Numbered from the stretch's first letter, positions 17,039 through 25,818 are shown. The stretch: 33,744 nt of DNA from a virus (IMGVR_UViG_3300020045_004521:1-33744), one strand, 5' to 3'. The notes: generated by a model not told the origin, from the sequence alone. Numbers and translations: made by a program.

Positions 17039-17214
17039 ATTACACAATGAACTGTTTAAAAAACAGCCAGTCAGGTAATCACTTGGGATATGAGGATCGC
17101 GACATCCAGAACGATGGAACGGTAATCGTAAAAATCAAGTGCGCCTTTTGCGGGTTTGAGATTAAAAAATCAAATCCGGAAGATTACAAAACGGCGGCGA
17201 GCGGGGAGCAATGA
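17035..17214 (+). CDS. Small hypothetical protein (59 aa)
   Basis: C..H..CAFC; ATGA overlaps at both ends. Confidence 0.6.
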   Translation: MNYTMNCLKNSQSGNHLGYEDRDIQNDGTVIVKIKCAFCGFEIKKSNPEDYKTAASGEQ

Positions 17215-17456
17215 ATCAAACAGAGTCATATCTGCAATGGGTGAAGGATCGCGGCGGGGTTGTTACCCTGGGCGATATACTTTCATCTCCGTGCGGATGG
17301 GCCGCCGAATACAGGAGATTTCACTCCGAACTACGCCAGAAGGGATATGAAGTCACCGTAAAGCTGAACCGGAAGGAACCGAGCAAGAATACTTACGTTT
17401 TGAAGGACAACGTAAAATTTAAATTCGACGAGACAGGGCAGGCGAGTTTCGCGTAA
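17211..17456 (+). CDS. Putative winged-helix DNA-binding protein
   Basis: GVVTLGDIL..EYRRFHSELRQKGYEV pattern. Confidence 0.55.
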   Translation: MNQTESYLQWVKDRGGVVTLGDILSSPCGWAAEYRRFHSELRQKGYEVTVKLNRKEPSKNTYVLKDNVKFKFDETGQASFA

Positions 17457-17466
17457 AGGAGAATCA

Positions 17467-17859
17467 GTGAGATATTTTTATCAGAAAAAACGCAGTAAAA
17501 CAAACATCGAAGAACACGAGCAAATGATTGTTGCCGCAGAACTCCGAAGGATGGGGGTATTCTTTACCATTTCGATCGCCGGCGTGAACGTAGGCCCAAG
17601 AGTTGGTAAACGATTGAAGGACGCTGGATACCGCGCCGGAACGCCGGATATCATGGTTTTTGAGCCCCGGCGCCGGTGGCATGGTCTCTTTATCGAAATG
17701 AAGCGTCCGGACGTTGATATTTTAGACAAAAGCAAGGGAAAAGTGAGTCCATCGCAAAAGGAATTCATAGGGGAAGCGTCTAAGCGCGATTATTGTTGCC
17801 ATGTCTGCTATGGATCCGATGACGCACTTACGCAGATCAGCCACTATTTAACAGACTGA
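17467..17859 (+). CDS. VRR-NUC domain nuclease (Holliday junction resolvase-like)
   Basis: GYRAGTPDI..GLFIEMK..GKVSPSQKEF. Confidence 0.9.
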   Translation: MRYFYQKKRSKTNIEEHEQMIVAAELRRMGVFFTISIAGVNVGPRVGKRLKDAGYRAGTPDIMVFEPRRRWHGLFIEMKRPDVDILDKSKGKVSPSQKEFIGEASKRDYCCHVCYGSDDALTQISHYLTD

Positions 17860-17860
17860 A

Positions 17861-17974
17861 ATGAAACTCGCCGCTTTTGTCTTTGTAGTAAGTTTGATTG
17901 GGATTATATCTATCGACATTTATCGCGCATGGCTTTGCGGCATCCGCAAAATTAGAGAAGAGAAGAAAAAATGA
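17861..17974 (+). CDS. Small single-TM peptide (37 aa)
   Basis: MKLAAFVFVVSLIGIISIDIY..; ATGA overlap with the next gene. Confidence 0.5.
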   Translation: MKLAAFVFVVSLIGIISIDIYRAWLCGIRKIREEKKK

Positions 17975-18174
17975 GGCAACCCGCGAATTCTAAAAAGATT
18001 CAGGAACTGAAAGAGTATCATTCTGTTTTGAAAGATCAGTTCCGGCGCGGTGAATTGGAAGGAAAAATATCAAAATTGTTAATTTTAAGATCAATTCAAC
18101 TCGGAATAACCATGCGGACTTATTACCGCAAAATCAAATGTCACTCAAATGTCACCAATTTGTCAGTAAAATAG
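17971..18174 (+). CDS. Putative late-transcription activator (small HTH)
   Basis: QLGITMRTYYRKIK is HTH-like; last gene before the late promoter and terS. Confidence 0.55.
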   Translation: MRQPANSKKIQELKEYHSVLKDQFRRGELEGKISKLLILRSIQLGITMRTYYRKIKCHSNVTNLSVK

Positions 18175-18195
18175 CATCTAAATATCTGTTACACT
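18139..18195 (+). promoter_or_regulatory. Putative activator-dependent late promoter
   Basis: TGTCA at 18139, 18150 and 18161 (11-bp period); extended -10 TGnTACACT at 18187-18195; no good -35. Confidence 0.6.
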
Positions 18196-18288
18196 TAAAA
18201 GAGAAGGGATTTAAAGGTCTTTTAAAATATAGCTGACTGGCTTGATCACCAGAAGGCAAGTCTTAGTAATTTAAGGCGGCAAATTACG

Positions 18289-18327
18289 GCCGTCACTCGA
18301 TGACAATATCGGGTGGCGGCTTTTTTT
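18289..18327 (+). terminator. Intrinsic terminator in the late leader
   Basis: 13-bp stem GCCGTCACTCGAT / ATCGGGTGGCGGC followed by T7. Confidence 0.85.
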
Positions 18328-18648
18328 GTTCACAACATGAAAAGCAAAAATTTAAAAAATCATTTTCACCATCATAAATCAAAAATGAAAAAATTAAAAA
18401 AGTTTTCTACTTCTATCGTTTACTCAATCGGCGTTTCCGCAATAAACAATCTCATAAACACTTTCGACCAAAGCCCATTATCACCCTATTCCCCATATCA
18501 AAAACTATTTTATAACGGCAGTTCGTGTTATCGGAAAACTCCGCATGAGGGTTATTAATTCTATATGTCATTGAGTCTTAACATAACGATAAGTCAATTA
18601 TTAAAAATGTACTAGAAAGCGAATTGTTACAAAAATGTTACAAAAAAA

Positions 18649-18738
18649 ATGTTTGAAAATTTGGATTTTCTTTTAGGTTTGTCGATGGTGTTGGCGGGAA
18701 TTATAGTCGGAGTTGTCTTGATTTCAGAGTGGTTTTAA
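18649..18738 (+). CDS. Small single-TM peptide (29 aa)
   Basis: MFENLDFLLGLSMVLAGIIVGVVLISEWF; no clear RBS. Confidence 0.35.
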   Translation: MFENLDFLLGLSMVLAGIIVGVVLISEWF

Positions 18739-18757
18739 ATAGGTTTAAAAAATAGAT

Positions 18758-19126
18758 ATGGCACAAAGAAAAGGATGTAAAAAAACAGGCGGGAAGAAAA
18801 AGGGTTCGACCAGTATCGGATCGGGCCGCACGCCGGATGAAGTTTTAAAAACTCTGGGCGAACTTAAAGCGCAATATGCAACAGATGTTGTGCCGAAAAT
18901 ATTCGCCTACTTATCAGCAACGGCGCAAGACGAATCGAAGGATGATGATATCCGTTTGAAAGCGTCCAAAGAATTGCTCGACAGAGTGTGCGGCAAGCCG
19001 GATCAGGAGATCAGGCATACCGGATCAATCAGCAATCAATCTCCCGAAGAGCGCGCGGCGGAGATCGACGATATCAAGTCATATTTGCAAGGTGTACTGA
19101 CATCACAGCCGGCCCGATCGACGTAA
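18758..19126 (+). CDS. terS: Terminase small subunit
   Basis: KKTGGKKKGS N-terminus and RLKASKELLDRVCGKPDQEI; immediately upstream of terL. Confidence 0.75.
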   Translation: MAQRKGCKKTGGKKKGSTSIGSGRTPDEVLKTLGELKAQYATDVVPKIFAYLSATAQDESKDDDIRLKASKELLDRVCGKPDQEIRHTGSISNQSPEERAAEIDDIKSYLQGVLTSQPARST

Positions 19127-19172
19127 AAAAGGCCATTTACGCTCGACGAAATTTTAGTTATCGACGAAAAAA

Positions 19173-20675
19173 ATGATTAAAACGCAGAATTTAGAAATCA
19201 ACGATAAAAACCTGGATGAGGTAAAACGCCAGTTGTGCCAGTTGGATTTGCGCTATCTTTGTACGCGGGTGTTAGGGTTTACGGACTGGGATGTGTGCCA
19301 TGATGAGCTAGACCAGTGGTATCGGCTGAATGAAGACAAGAAATTCAAACTGGTGCTATTGCCGCGCGGACATCTCAAATCATCCATCATCACCGTGGCC
19401 CGGACGGTGCAAGACATACTCAAGAATCCAAACGCAAAAATACTGCTATCCTCCGCAGTATGGCAAAACTCAAGAACTTTTTTATCTCAGATCAAAGAAT
19501 ACCTTCGACCCAACACGCCGTTGTCGGCTCTGTTTGGCGAATTCTCGCGGCCGGATGGTGGTTGGACTACGGAGAACATCACAATCGCACAGCGAACCAT
19601 ACCGGATAAGTCAGCCACCATCGCCACGGCCGGAGTCGAAAAGACGGTAACGTCACAGCATTTCGATATCATCCGCGCGGACGACCTTGTCAGCCGCGAG
19701 AATATCACGACTCCGGAACAGTTGAAGAAGGTTGTAGACCATTTCCGTGACCTGGCCAAACTCCTCGAACCAAACGGAACAATTGAGATCATCGGCACCC
19801 GTTGGCATGACGCAGACCTATACGGTTACATCATCGAAAACCTATGTGACGACCGCTCCGGAGATCGCAAGTTTGCAGTTTATAAGCGCACGGCCGTAGA
19901 GAATGGAAAGCCGATATTCCCCAAGAAATTCACGCTTGAGACTCTGGCCGCCATCCGGCATGAGATTGGATCATTCGATTACAGCGCGAATTATGACAAC
20001 GACCCGATTGATCCGGAAAACCAGATGTTTCGGCCTCCGGTGCGCTATTGGACGTCAATCCCTGAAAACATCATGCGCATCATCACGGTGGATCCGGCCG
20101 GAGATAGCGCCGACTCAGACTTCAATGTGGTGTCGGAAATTGGATTCAGCAAAGCAAATCAGCTTTACGTCATGCGATACAAGCGCGGGCATGTACAGCC
20201 AAACGAACTGCTGGACTGGATATTCGAGTTTGTTGGCAATAAGCAGGGTTTGCTTGGCGTTGGCGTAGAGTCTATCCAGTATCAGCGAGTTTTGCAGTAT
20301 CTCATTGGCATCGAACAGAAAAAGCGCGGCGTTATCTTCCCGGTATATCCCATTATCCCCCACAAGGACAAATTCACCCGTTTGCGGCAGTTACAGCCCT
20401 GGTGGGAGCGCGGCGATCTGTTACTCAAGCCGGGCATGGTTGAACTGGAAGATGAATTCGAACGGTTCCCAGTATCGGCCCACGACGACATCATGGACAC
20501 GGTGGAAATGGGGTTACATCTCTTTCAGGGGTATATGCACCGCGAGGCGGCGCCGGATCCACGCGCAGAGCTAAAGAGCACTCCGGCATCATACGACGAA
20601 TGGACGAAGTTGGATAAGCGGATTTTAAGACCTCGGAGCACTACATTATCGGCACGATCAGTTTTATCAATGTAA
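19173..20675 (+). CDS. terL: Terminase large subunit
   Basis: Walker A LPRGHLKS, Walker B DIIRADD, motif III GTRWH, RNase H-like VDPA..D and HDDIMD. Confidence 0.95.
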   Translation: MIKTQNLEINDKNLDEVKRQLCQLDLRYLCTRVLGFTDWDVCHDELDQWYRLNEDKKFKLVLLPRGHLKSSIITVARTVQDILKNPNAKILLSSAVWQNSRTFLSQIKEYLRPNTPLSALFGEFSRPDGGWTTENITIAQRTIPDKSATIATAGVEKTVTSQHFDIIRADDLVSRENITTPEQLKKVVDHFRDLAKLLEPNGTIEIIGTRWHDADLYGYIIENLCDDRSGDRKFAVYKRTAVENGKPIFPKKFTLETLAAIRHEIGSFDYSANYDNDPIDPENQMFRPPVRYWTSIPENIMRIITVDPAGDSADSDFNVVSEIGFSKANQLYVMRYKRGHVQPNELLDWIFEFVGNKQGLLGVGVESIQYQRVLQYLIGIEQKKRGVIFPVYPIIPHKDKFTRLRQLQPWWERGDLLLKPGMVELEDEFERFPVSAHDDIMDTVEMGLHLFQGYMHREAAPDPRAELKSTPASYDEWTKLDKRILRPRSTTLSARSVLSM

Positions 20676-20692
20676 AAAACAGGAGAAATGAA

Positions 20693-21133
20693 ATGAAAAA
20701 AATATTAGCGGCAGTTGGTTTATTGATTGGGGCGTGCTCAGTTGGTCATGCGGCTCCGGCAGTTCAAAATGTTGGGGCGACATCTACGGGAACAATAATC
20801 ACCATAAATGTTTCTACCGTTCCGCAGTTAGCCGTTTATCCGTCGTCTAACGTATTCAATGCGTCTGGATTCCAGATTTCATTGGGAACAGGAACAGACA
20901 GAAGATACAACAGTTTGTTAAACAACAGGATTCAAATGGAGATTTTTAACGATTCGTCGGTTGATATCTGGGCCGGATTTAATTCGTCCGTATCGTCATG
21001 GACAAACTCAAATAATTATGGGCGCCGTATTCCAGCCGGCACCGCATGGTCGCACGATTGTTCAATCGAACAGCATTGGCTTGTCGCCGGATCATCTACA
21101 GGATTCAGGGTAGTGATTACCCAGGAGAAATAA
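20693..21133 (+). CDS. Signal-peptide-bearing small beta-sandwich protein (decoration/spike-like)
   Basis: MKKILAAVGLLIGACSVGHA leader; RIQMEIFNDSSVDIWAG..GRRIPAG..FRVVITQE beta pattern. Confidence 0.65.
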   Translation: MKKILAAVGLLIGACSVGHAAPAVQNVGATSTGTIITINVSTVPQLAVYPSSNVFNASGFQISLGTGTDRRYNSLLNNRIQMEIFNDSSVDIWAGFNSSVSSWTNSNNYGRRIPAGTAWSHDCSIEQHWLVAGSSTGFRVVITQEK

Positions 21134-21137
21134 TGCA

Positions 21138-22256
21138 ATGAGAAAAATATTTATAGCAATTGGATTTTTGATCGGGATATCCCAGCTCGCTTTTTCTGAA
21201 GGCATAATGTTTCAAGATGGAACAAATCGGGCATCCGTTGTTGGCAATAACTCATATAGAGGCGGGCAATTTATAACTTCTGTTTCCAGCCCGATATTTT
21301 ATATCTCCACAACAAACGCAGTGTTGACTGCGAATGACGATTACAGCCGCAGGGTTTTTTCTGTTAATAAAACTTCGACTGTTATAAGCGGCAATCCGTT
21401 ATCGGTAAACATTGAACAAACTAACACGGTTGGCGGCAACAATCAGATTGGAGAATTTAACTCCAATACGGCAGGCGCAAGATATTTAAACGTAAGAAAT
21501 ATAAATACAGCCGGATCATCCGGCATAAGAATGGGCCCGGACAATACAAATTTCAATGACATAATTTCATTCAACAGATTATCATCGGTTTATCCTGGTC
21601 AAATTGCATATTCATTATCAGGAAGCGGAGGAGGTGAAGGACTTGGCATTTATAACGGATCAATAATCGCAAATAAGACTCCATTATTTTTTGTGCACGC
21701 ATCAAGTTATGCGGTAGGTATCGGCACAAACGCTCCGCAGGCATGTTTAGAAATTCATTCCACCTCTCCGGTTACATATCAAAATTTTATGGAGATTCAT
21801 TCTACAGGAACGAATTGGAGTTCCCGAACGTATCAGGAAACGCGCTCTTCGGCAAATTATCAAATTCCGCTTACCGTCAATGTGGCTACCGGTGTAATCC
21901 ATTTAGGCGCCGATGCTGTTTTAAACAATGTTCTGTTCGATGTTTCAACAGGATCGCTGGCGTCTTATTCCAGACTATTTGCTGTTTATCCATCTTCGAT
22001 TAATTTCGGAGTTCCGACTTTTTCTAACGTACCAAAGGCCGACTACGTTTTCGAGCCGGATCACAAAATGTTGTCGATAGATGAAGCGGAAATAGCAGTA
22101 GCAATGAATAAACACCTTCCGAATTTCCCCTCCGGAGACACTTTCAACTCAATATCGGATCAGCGCAAACTATCAAAACTTCTGGAAAAACTCGAGGAAG
22201 CGTATCTCTACATTTTCCAGTTAAATAATCGACTTAAAATGTTAGAGGGTAGATAA
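21138..22256 (+). CDS. Signal-peptide-bearing tail-fibre-like protein with C-terminal S74-like chaperone
   Basis: MRKIFIAIGFLIGISQLAFS leader; VGIGTNAP..LEIH fibre repeat; DYVF..KHLP..LLEKLEE..LY..RLK.LE C-terminus. Confidence 0.75.
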   Translation: MRKIFIAIGFLIGISQLAFSEGIMFQDGTNRASVVGNNSYRGGQFITSVSSPIFYISTTNAVLTANDDYSRRVFSVNKTSTVISGNPLSVNIEQTNTVGGNNQIGEFNSNTAGARYLNVRNINTAGSSGIRMGPDNTNFNDIISFNRLSSVYPGQIAYSLSGSGGGEGLGIYNGSIIANKTPLFFVHASSYAVGIGTNAPQACLEIHSTSPVTYQNFMEIHSTGTNWSSRTYQETRSSANYQIPLTVNVATGVIHLGADAVLNNVLFDVSTGSLASYSRLFAVYPSSINFGVPTFSNVPKADYVFEPDHKMLSIDEAEIAVAMNKHLPNFPSGDTFNSISDQRKLSKLLEKLEEAYLYIFQLNNRLKMLEGR

Positions 22257-24821
22257 ATGAAAAAGTTAATTATATCGACTGCAATTTTAATTGGTTTTTA
22301 CCAGACAGCATTTTGTAGCGGTATCAGTTATTCAGACTCTTTATCGGTTAATGGGTTTAGCGTGGGTGGGTCCACTTTCTCAAATTTAACAGTCAATGGA
22401 GTTTTAATAACTTCCACATCAAAAATAAATGATGTCGGAATTTTTCGACCGACGGAAGAAGATCAAATAAAATTTCAAGAACGAGTTCTTACTACTTTTC
22501 AGGGAGGACATGGATGGTCTTATAATGCGGGCAACGGCACATTAAATGACGACACAACGCAGGCATTTTTTGGTACGCAGAGTATCCGAATTGTAACAGA
22601 TGATGCGGCAACACAATCAAGAGTACAAAAACTTAATATTTATCCCACAATGGATCTGTTGAATAAAAATTTTATCGTTACTTGCAAAGTGGAGTGCTCG
22701 ACTAATTTAGATCAAGGGAACGGCCAGGTATTTTTTGGATTTTCTAGCGATAATTTTGTGACAAATTACGTCTATTACGACGCTAGATACACAATGATGG
22801 TTTCTAGTCCGGGGAATCAATGGATTACGATGGTTTTTGCGTCAACGGATAGTTGCACCGGATCAATCGATTTAACAAATGTAAATTCTATGCGCATTTA
22901 TTTAAGAGGTACAGGCAAAACGACTTTATGGGTTAATAGAATCAGTTATATCGACGATCAAAAAGACGCTTTTGCTTCATTTACATTTGATGATGGTGAC
23001 GCCAGCGTTTTTCAACACGCCTACCCGTATATGAGCACTTATGGATATGCAGGAACGGCCTATGTCATTAGAGATCGAGAAAATATGAATGGATATTTGA
23101 ATTTAACAACAATGACGATCATGCAGGAGGCAGGTTGGGATATAGCCGCGCATAGTGGTCAGAATTTGCAGGAATTGACAACTGTTGCTGACACAGAAAA
23201 TGAATTGATGAATATAAAACAATGGTTATTGAAAAATGGATTTAGAAAAGGCGCGTCTCATTTAGCTTACCCGGAAGGTCAATTTACTTTAAACTTAACA
23301 TTGCCATTGGTTAAAAAGTATTTCCAATCCGCACGATTATCAGCATCGGGTCAGCATGAAGCAATCCCAGCGCTTAACCGGTACATGCTTAAACCATTTC
23401 CGGTGCAAAATACCACCACATTACAGCAAGTAAAAGATCAAATCGACCTTTGCAAATTACAAGGCACATGGTTAATGTTGGTTTTTCATAGATTAGTTGC
23501 CTCGCCCGCGCTAAGCACTGAGATCACGCCGCAAATGTTTAAAGATATTGTCGATTATGTTTATCAAAAAGGCGTAAAAGTTAGAACGGTAACTGAGGTT
23601 ATGAATATTTACAATCCAAATTTTATTGAAGTGGTTAGCGGAACGGCAACGGTTAGGGGAAGTATGGTTATTTCCGGCGCGCTTTCGGTAAATCCTGCTT
23701 TTGATAACAGAATTTACAGATCATCCACCCCATATTTGCTTTATGTCGGAACTTGCAATCCGACCCAGCAAAATAATTCTTGGGGAAATTTAGTCGTATC
23801 GACTTTTGGTGTTTTTGTTGGAACGTCAGCGGTTGCCAATAATGTGATTGGAACTGTTATCCCTCAATTAACAATCACTGGAGATCAAACAAGCGCCGGG
23901 ATGGCAGTTATTACGCGCAATTCACTCGGATCGGCTAATATTGTTTTAGCAGATGCAAGTTCTGCAAATTCCGCTCCAAATTCAGCCAGGATAAATTTTG
24001 ACGGTTCTGCCGGGTTGTCTATTTTTAGAACACAAGTCGCCGGTGCGGGTACAGATACAGGAATAAAAATCTATCAAACTGCACTAACAAGTCCAAAAAT
24101 CAGGATAAGTTCAAACAATATCACAATGTTGGGAGTTGTGGGAGAAAACAATGAGCGGTTAAATATTCCAGATCCGAATTTCAGGACACAGATTCAAGGT
24201 GGATTAACTATAACAGGTGCTAATCCTACAATGGTCTTTTATTCGTCTGCCGCGCCACAATTGAGGGGTAAAGGTGGAGAGTTAGTCTACAGGGATTCAG
24301 ATACGATTGGAGCGATTTTTTATACCACTGTTAGTTTGCCGACGCAAGCGAGAAATTTAATGGTGAGAGATTCTTCCATGAACGTCGTTCAATTAACAAA
24401 CGGGTTTATGGTCGGCGTTTCTTCCAATACTCCACAATTGGCATTTTGCCACATTCACCGTGACACCTACTCTACTATAGATCAAATTCAACCTGTTTTT
24501 GCAGTTTCAACCGGAAGCGCGTCCGGAGGCACACGCTTATTTACTATTTTCCCATCGTCAATAAATTTTGGTATCCCAACATTTTCAAACGTCCCGAAAG
24601 CGGATTATGTTTTTGATGGAGATTATAAATTATTGAATCTGGATCATTCCGAGAATTTCACTTCAAGTCATAAACATTTACCTAATTTCCCTTCTGGCGA
24701 AGATTTCAACAAAATTTCAGATCAAGAAAAGATAAGCAAACTTCTGGAAAAAATCGAAGAAGATCGCCTATACATTTATCAGTTAAACAATAGATTGAAA
24801 AAACTAGAAAGGAGGGAGTGA
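22257..24821 (+). CDS. Signal-peptide-bearing fibre-like protein with polysaccharide deacetylase (CE4/NodB) domain and S74-like chaperone
   Basis: MKKLIISTAILIGFYQTAFC leader; TFDDG, GWDIAAHS, AYPEG and LVFH motifs; C-terminus paralogous to the upstream gene. Confidence 0.85.
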   Translation: MKKLIISTAILIGFYQTAFCSGISYSDSLSVNGFSVGGSTFSNLTVNGVLITSTSKINDVGIFRPTEEDQIKFQERVLTTFQGGHGWSYNAGNGTLNDDTTQAFFGTQSIRIVTDDAATQSRVQKLNIYPTMDLLNKNFIVTCKVECSTNLDQGNGQVFFGFSSDNFVTNYVYYDARYTMMVSSPGNQWITMVFASTDSCTGSIDLTNVNSMRIYLRGTGKTTLWVNRISYIDDQKDAFASFTFDDGDASVFQHAYPYMSTYGYAGTAYVIRDRENMNGYLNLTTMTIMQEAGWDIAAHSGQNLQELTTVADTENELMNIKQWLLKNGFRKGASHLAYPEGQFTLNLTLPLVKKYFQSARLSASGQHEAIPALNRYMLKPFPVQNTTTLQQVKDQIDLCKLQGTWLMLVFHRLVASPALSTEITPQMFKDIVDYVYQKGVKVRTVTEVMNIYNPNFIEVVSGTATVRGSMVISGALSVNPAFDNRIYRSSTPYLLYVGTCNPTQQNNSWGNLVVSTFGVFVGTSAVANNVIGTVIPQLTITGDQTSAGMAVITRNSLGSANIVLADASSANSAPNSARINFDGSAGLSIFRTQVAGAGTDTGIKIYQTALTSPKIRISSNNITMLGVVGENNERLNIPDPNFRTQIQGGLTITGANPTMVFYSSAAPQLRGKGGELVYRDSDTIGAIFYTTVSLPTQARNLMVRDSSMNVVQLTNGFMVGVSSNTPQLAFCHIHRDTYSTIDQIQPVFAVSTGSASGGTRLFTIFPSSINFGIPTFSNVPKADYVFDGDYKLLNLDHSENFTSSHKHLPNFPSGEDFNKISDQEKISKLLEKIEEDRLYIYQLNNRLKKLERRE

Positions 24822-24823
24822 GA

Positions 24824-25801
24824 ATGTATAAACGGATTATTATTTCATTGATTGCTTTTTTTTGTTCGACCGGTATTTATGCGGAACAAAAACTAAATGA
24901 GGTCTTTATTGATAGCGCAACCGTGTTTGGAACTATAACTACAACGGATATTATCAAGGCCAAAGAATTAATTGCGTTATTTGGAATTTATGGAGATAGT
25001 CAAAATACTGCGTTAGGAAAAGATTCTTACATCCTTGTAAACACTTCCGGTTCTGCGGGTGGTTTGACGATAAAAGTTTTTGGCAGTCCCGGCGGAAATG
25101 CGCAGGCGCAATTTGGCGCTTTAAATATTATTTCGACTTCTATTGCGGGGCCCGTAGCAACTCATATTGTCAGCGTTGATAGCACGACGGACAATCAGCA
25201 AGGTTTTGGAATTTGGGAGTTATGGGAAAATAATTATCTGCACAATGATCCTTTAATTTGGATTAGAGACGCAGGTCATAATTCAAATCCTTTTATACGA
25301 GTCGATGGCGGCGCGCCTAATTTAGAACTGGTAAACACTTCAACGGACAATGTCAGAGGGTTAGGTAAATGGGAGCCGTTTGCTATCGCTTATCAAGGGA
25401 CAAACCTGCAAATCAATTCGCGCACCGGTGACGACTCGGCGTTTGAAAGCGTCGCGTATTGGATCCCGTTACAAAAGAGCGGCGCTGGATTATATCTAAA
25501 TTCCCAAAATCTTGTTTATGACAGCGGCGTTTTAGCGTCTTCTGATACGTTGGCAGTGAATTATCACACCCTGAATAATAGAACTGTTGGCTTAACAGGA
25601 CCGTTAAATGCAACGGCTTCATGGACATTTGCCCTGCCATCAACTCCAAACAATCAAGGACAGGTTTTGTATCAATCCAATAACGGACGCGGTAAAAATA
25701 ATAATGCTAGGCAGTGGGAGTTTACAACCGGAGGCACTACCGGAGACTGTTTGAGATATAACGGTACGAGCGGCCCATATTGGGGAACTTGCAACCCGTA
25801 A
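24824..25801 (+). CDS. Signal-peptide-bearing fibre-like protein
   Basis: MYKRIIISLIAFFCSTGIYA leader; WTFALP..GQVL..W and GTTGDCLRYNG..PYW fibre-type repeats; AGGAGG RBS (alternative GTG start at 24818). Confidence 0.7.
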   Translation: MYKRIIISLIAFFCSTGIYAEQKLNEVFIDSATVFGTITTTDIIKAKELIALFGIYGDSQNTALGKDSYILVNTSGSAGGLTIKVFGSPGGNAQAQFGALNIISTSIAGPVATHIVSVDSTTDNQQGFGIWELWENNYLHNDPLIWIRDAGHNSNPFIRVDGGAPNLELVNTSTDNVRGLGKWEPFAIAYQGTNLQINSRTGDDSAFESVAYWIPLQKSGAGLYLNSQNLVYDSGVLASSDTLAVNYHTLNNRTVGLTGPLNATASWTFALPSTPNNQGQVLYQSNNGRGKNNNARQWEFTTGGTTGDCLRYNGTSGPYWGTCNP

Positions 25802-25818
25802 TTCTCAAGGAGAAATCA

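Noticed and set aside
18313-18558. 81-aa ORF after the late leader
   Set aside because: The listed start lies inside the terminator stem, and the low-complexity product has no RBS or motif support.
21937-24821. Duplicated fibre C-termini as a DGR template/variable repeat or invertible shufflon
   Set aside because: Differences are not adenine-specific, both copies are coding and co-oriented, and no reverse transcriptase or invertase is present.
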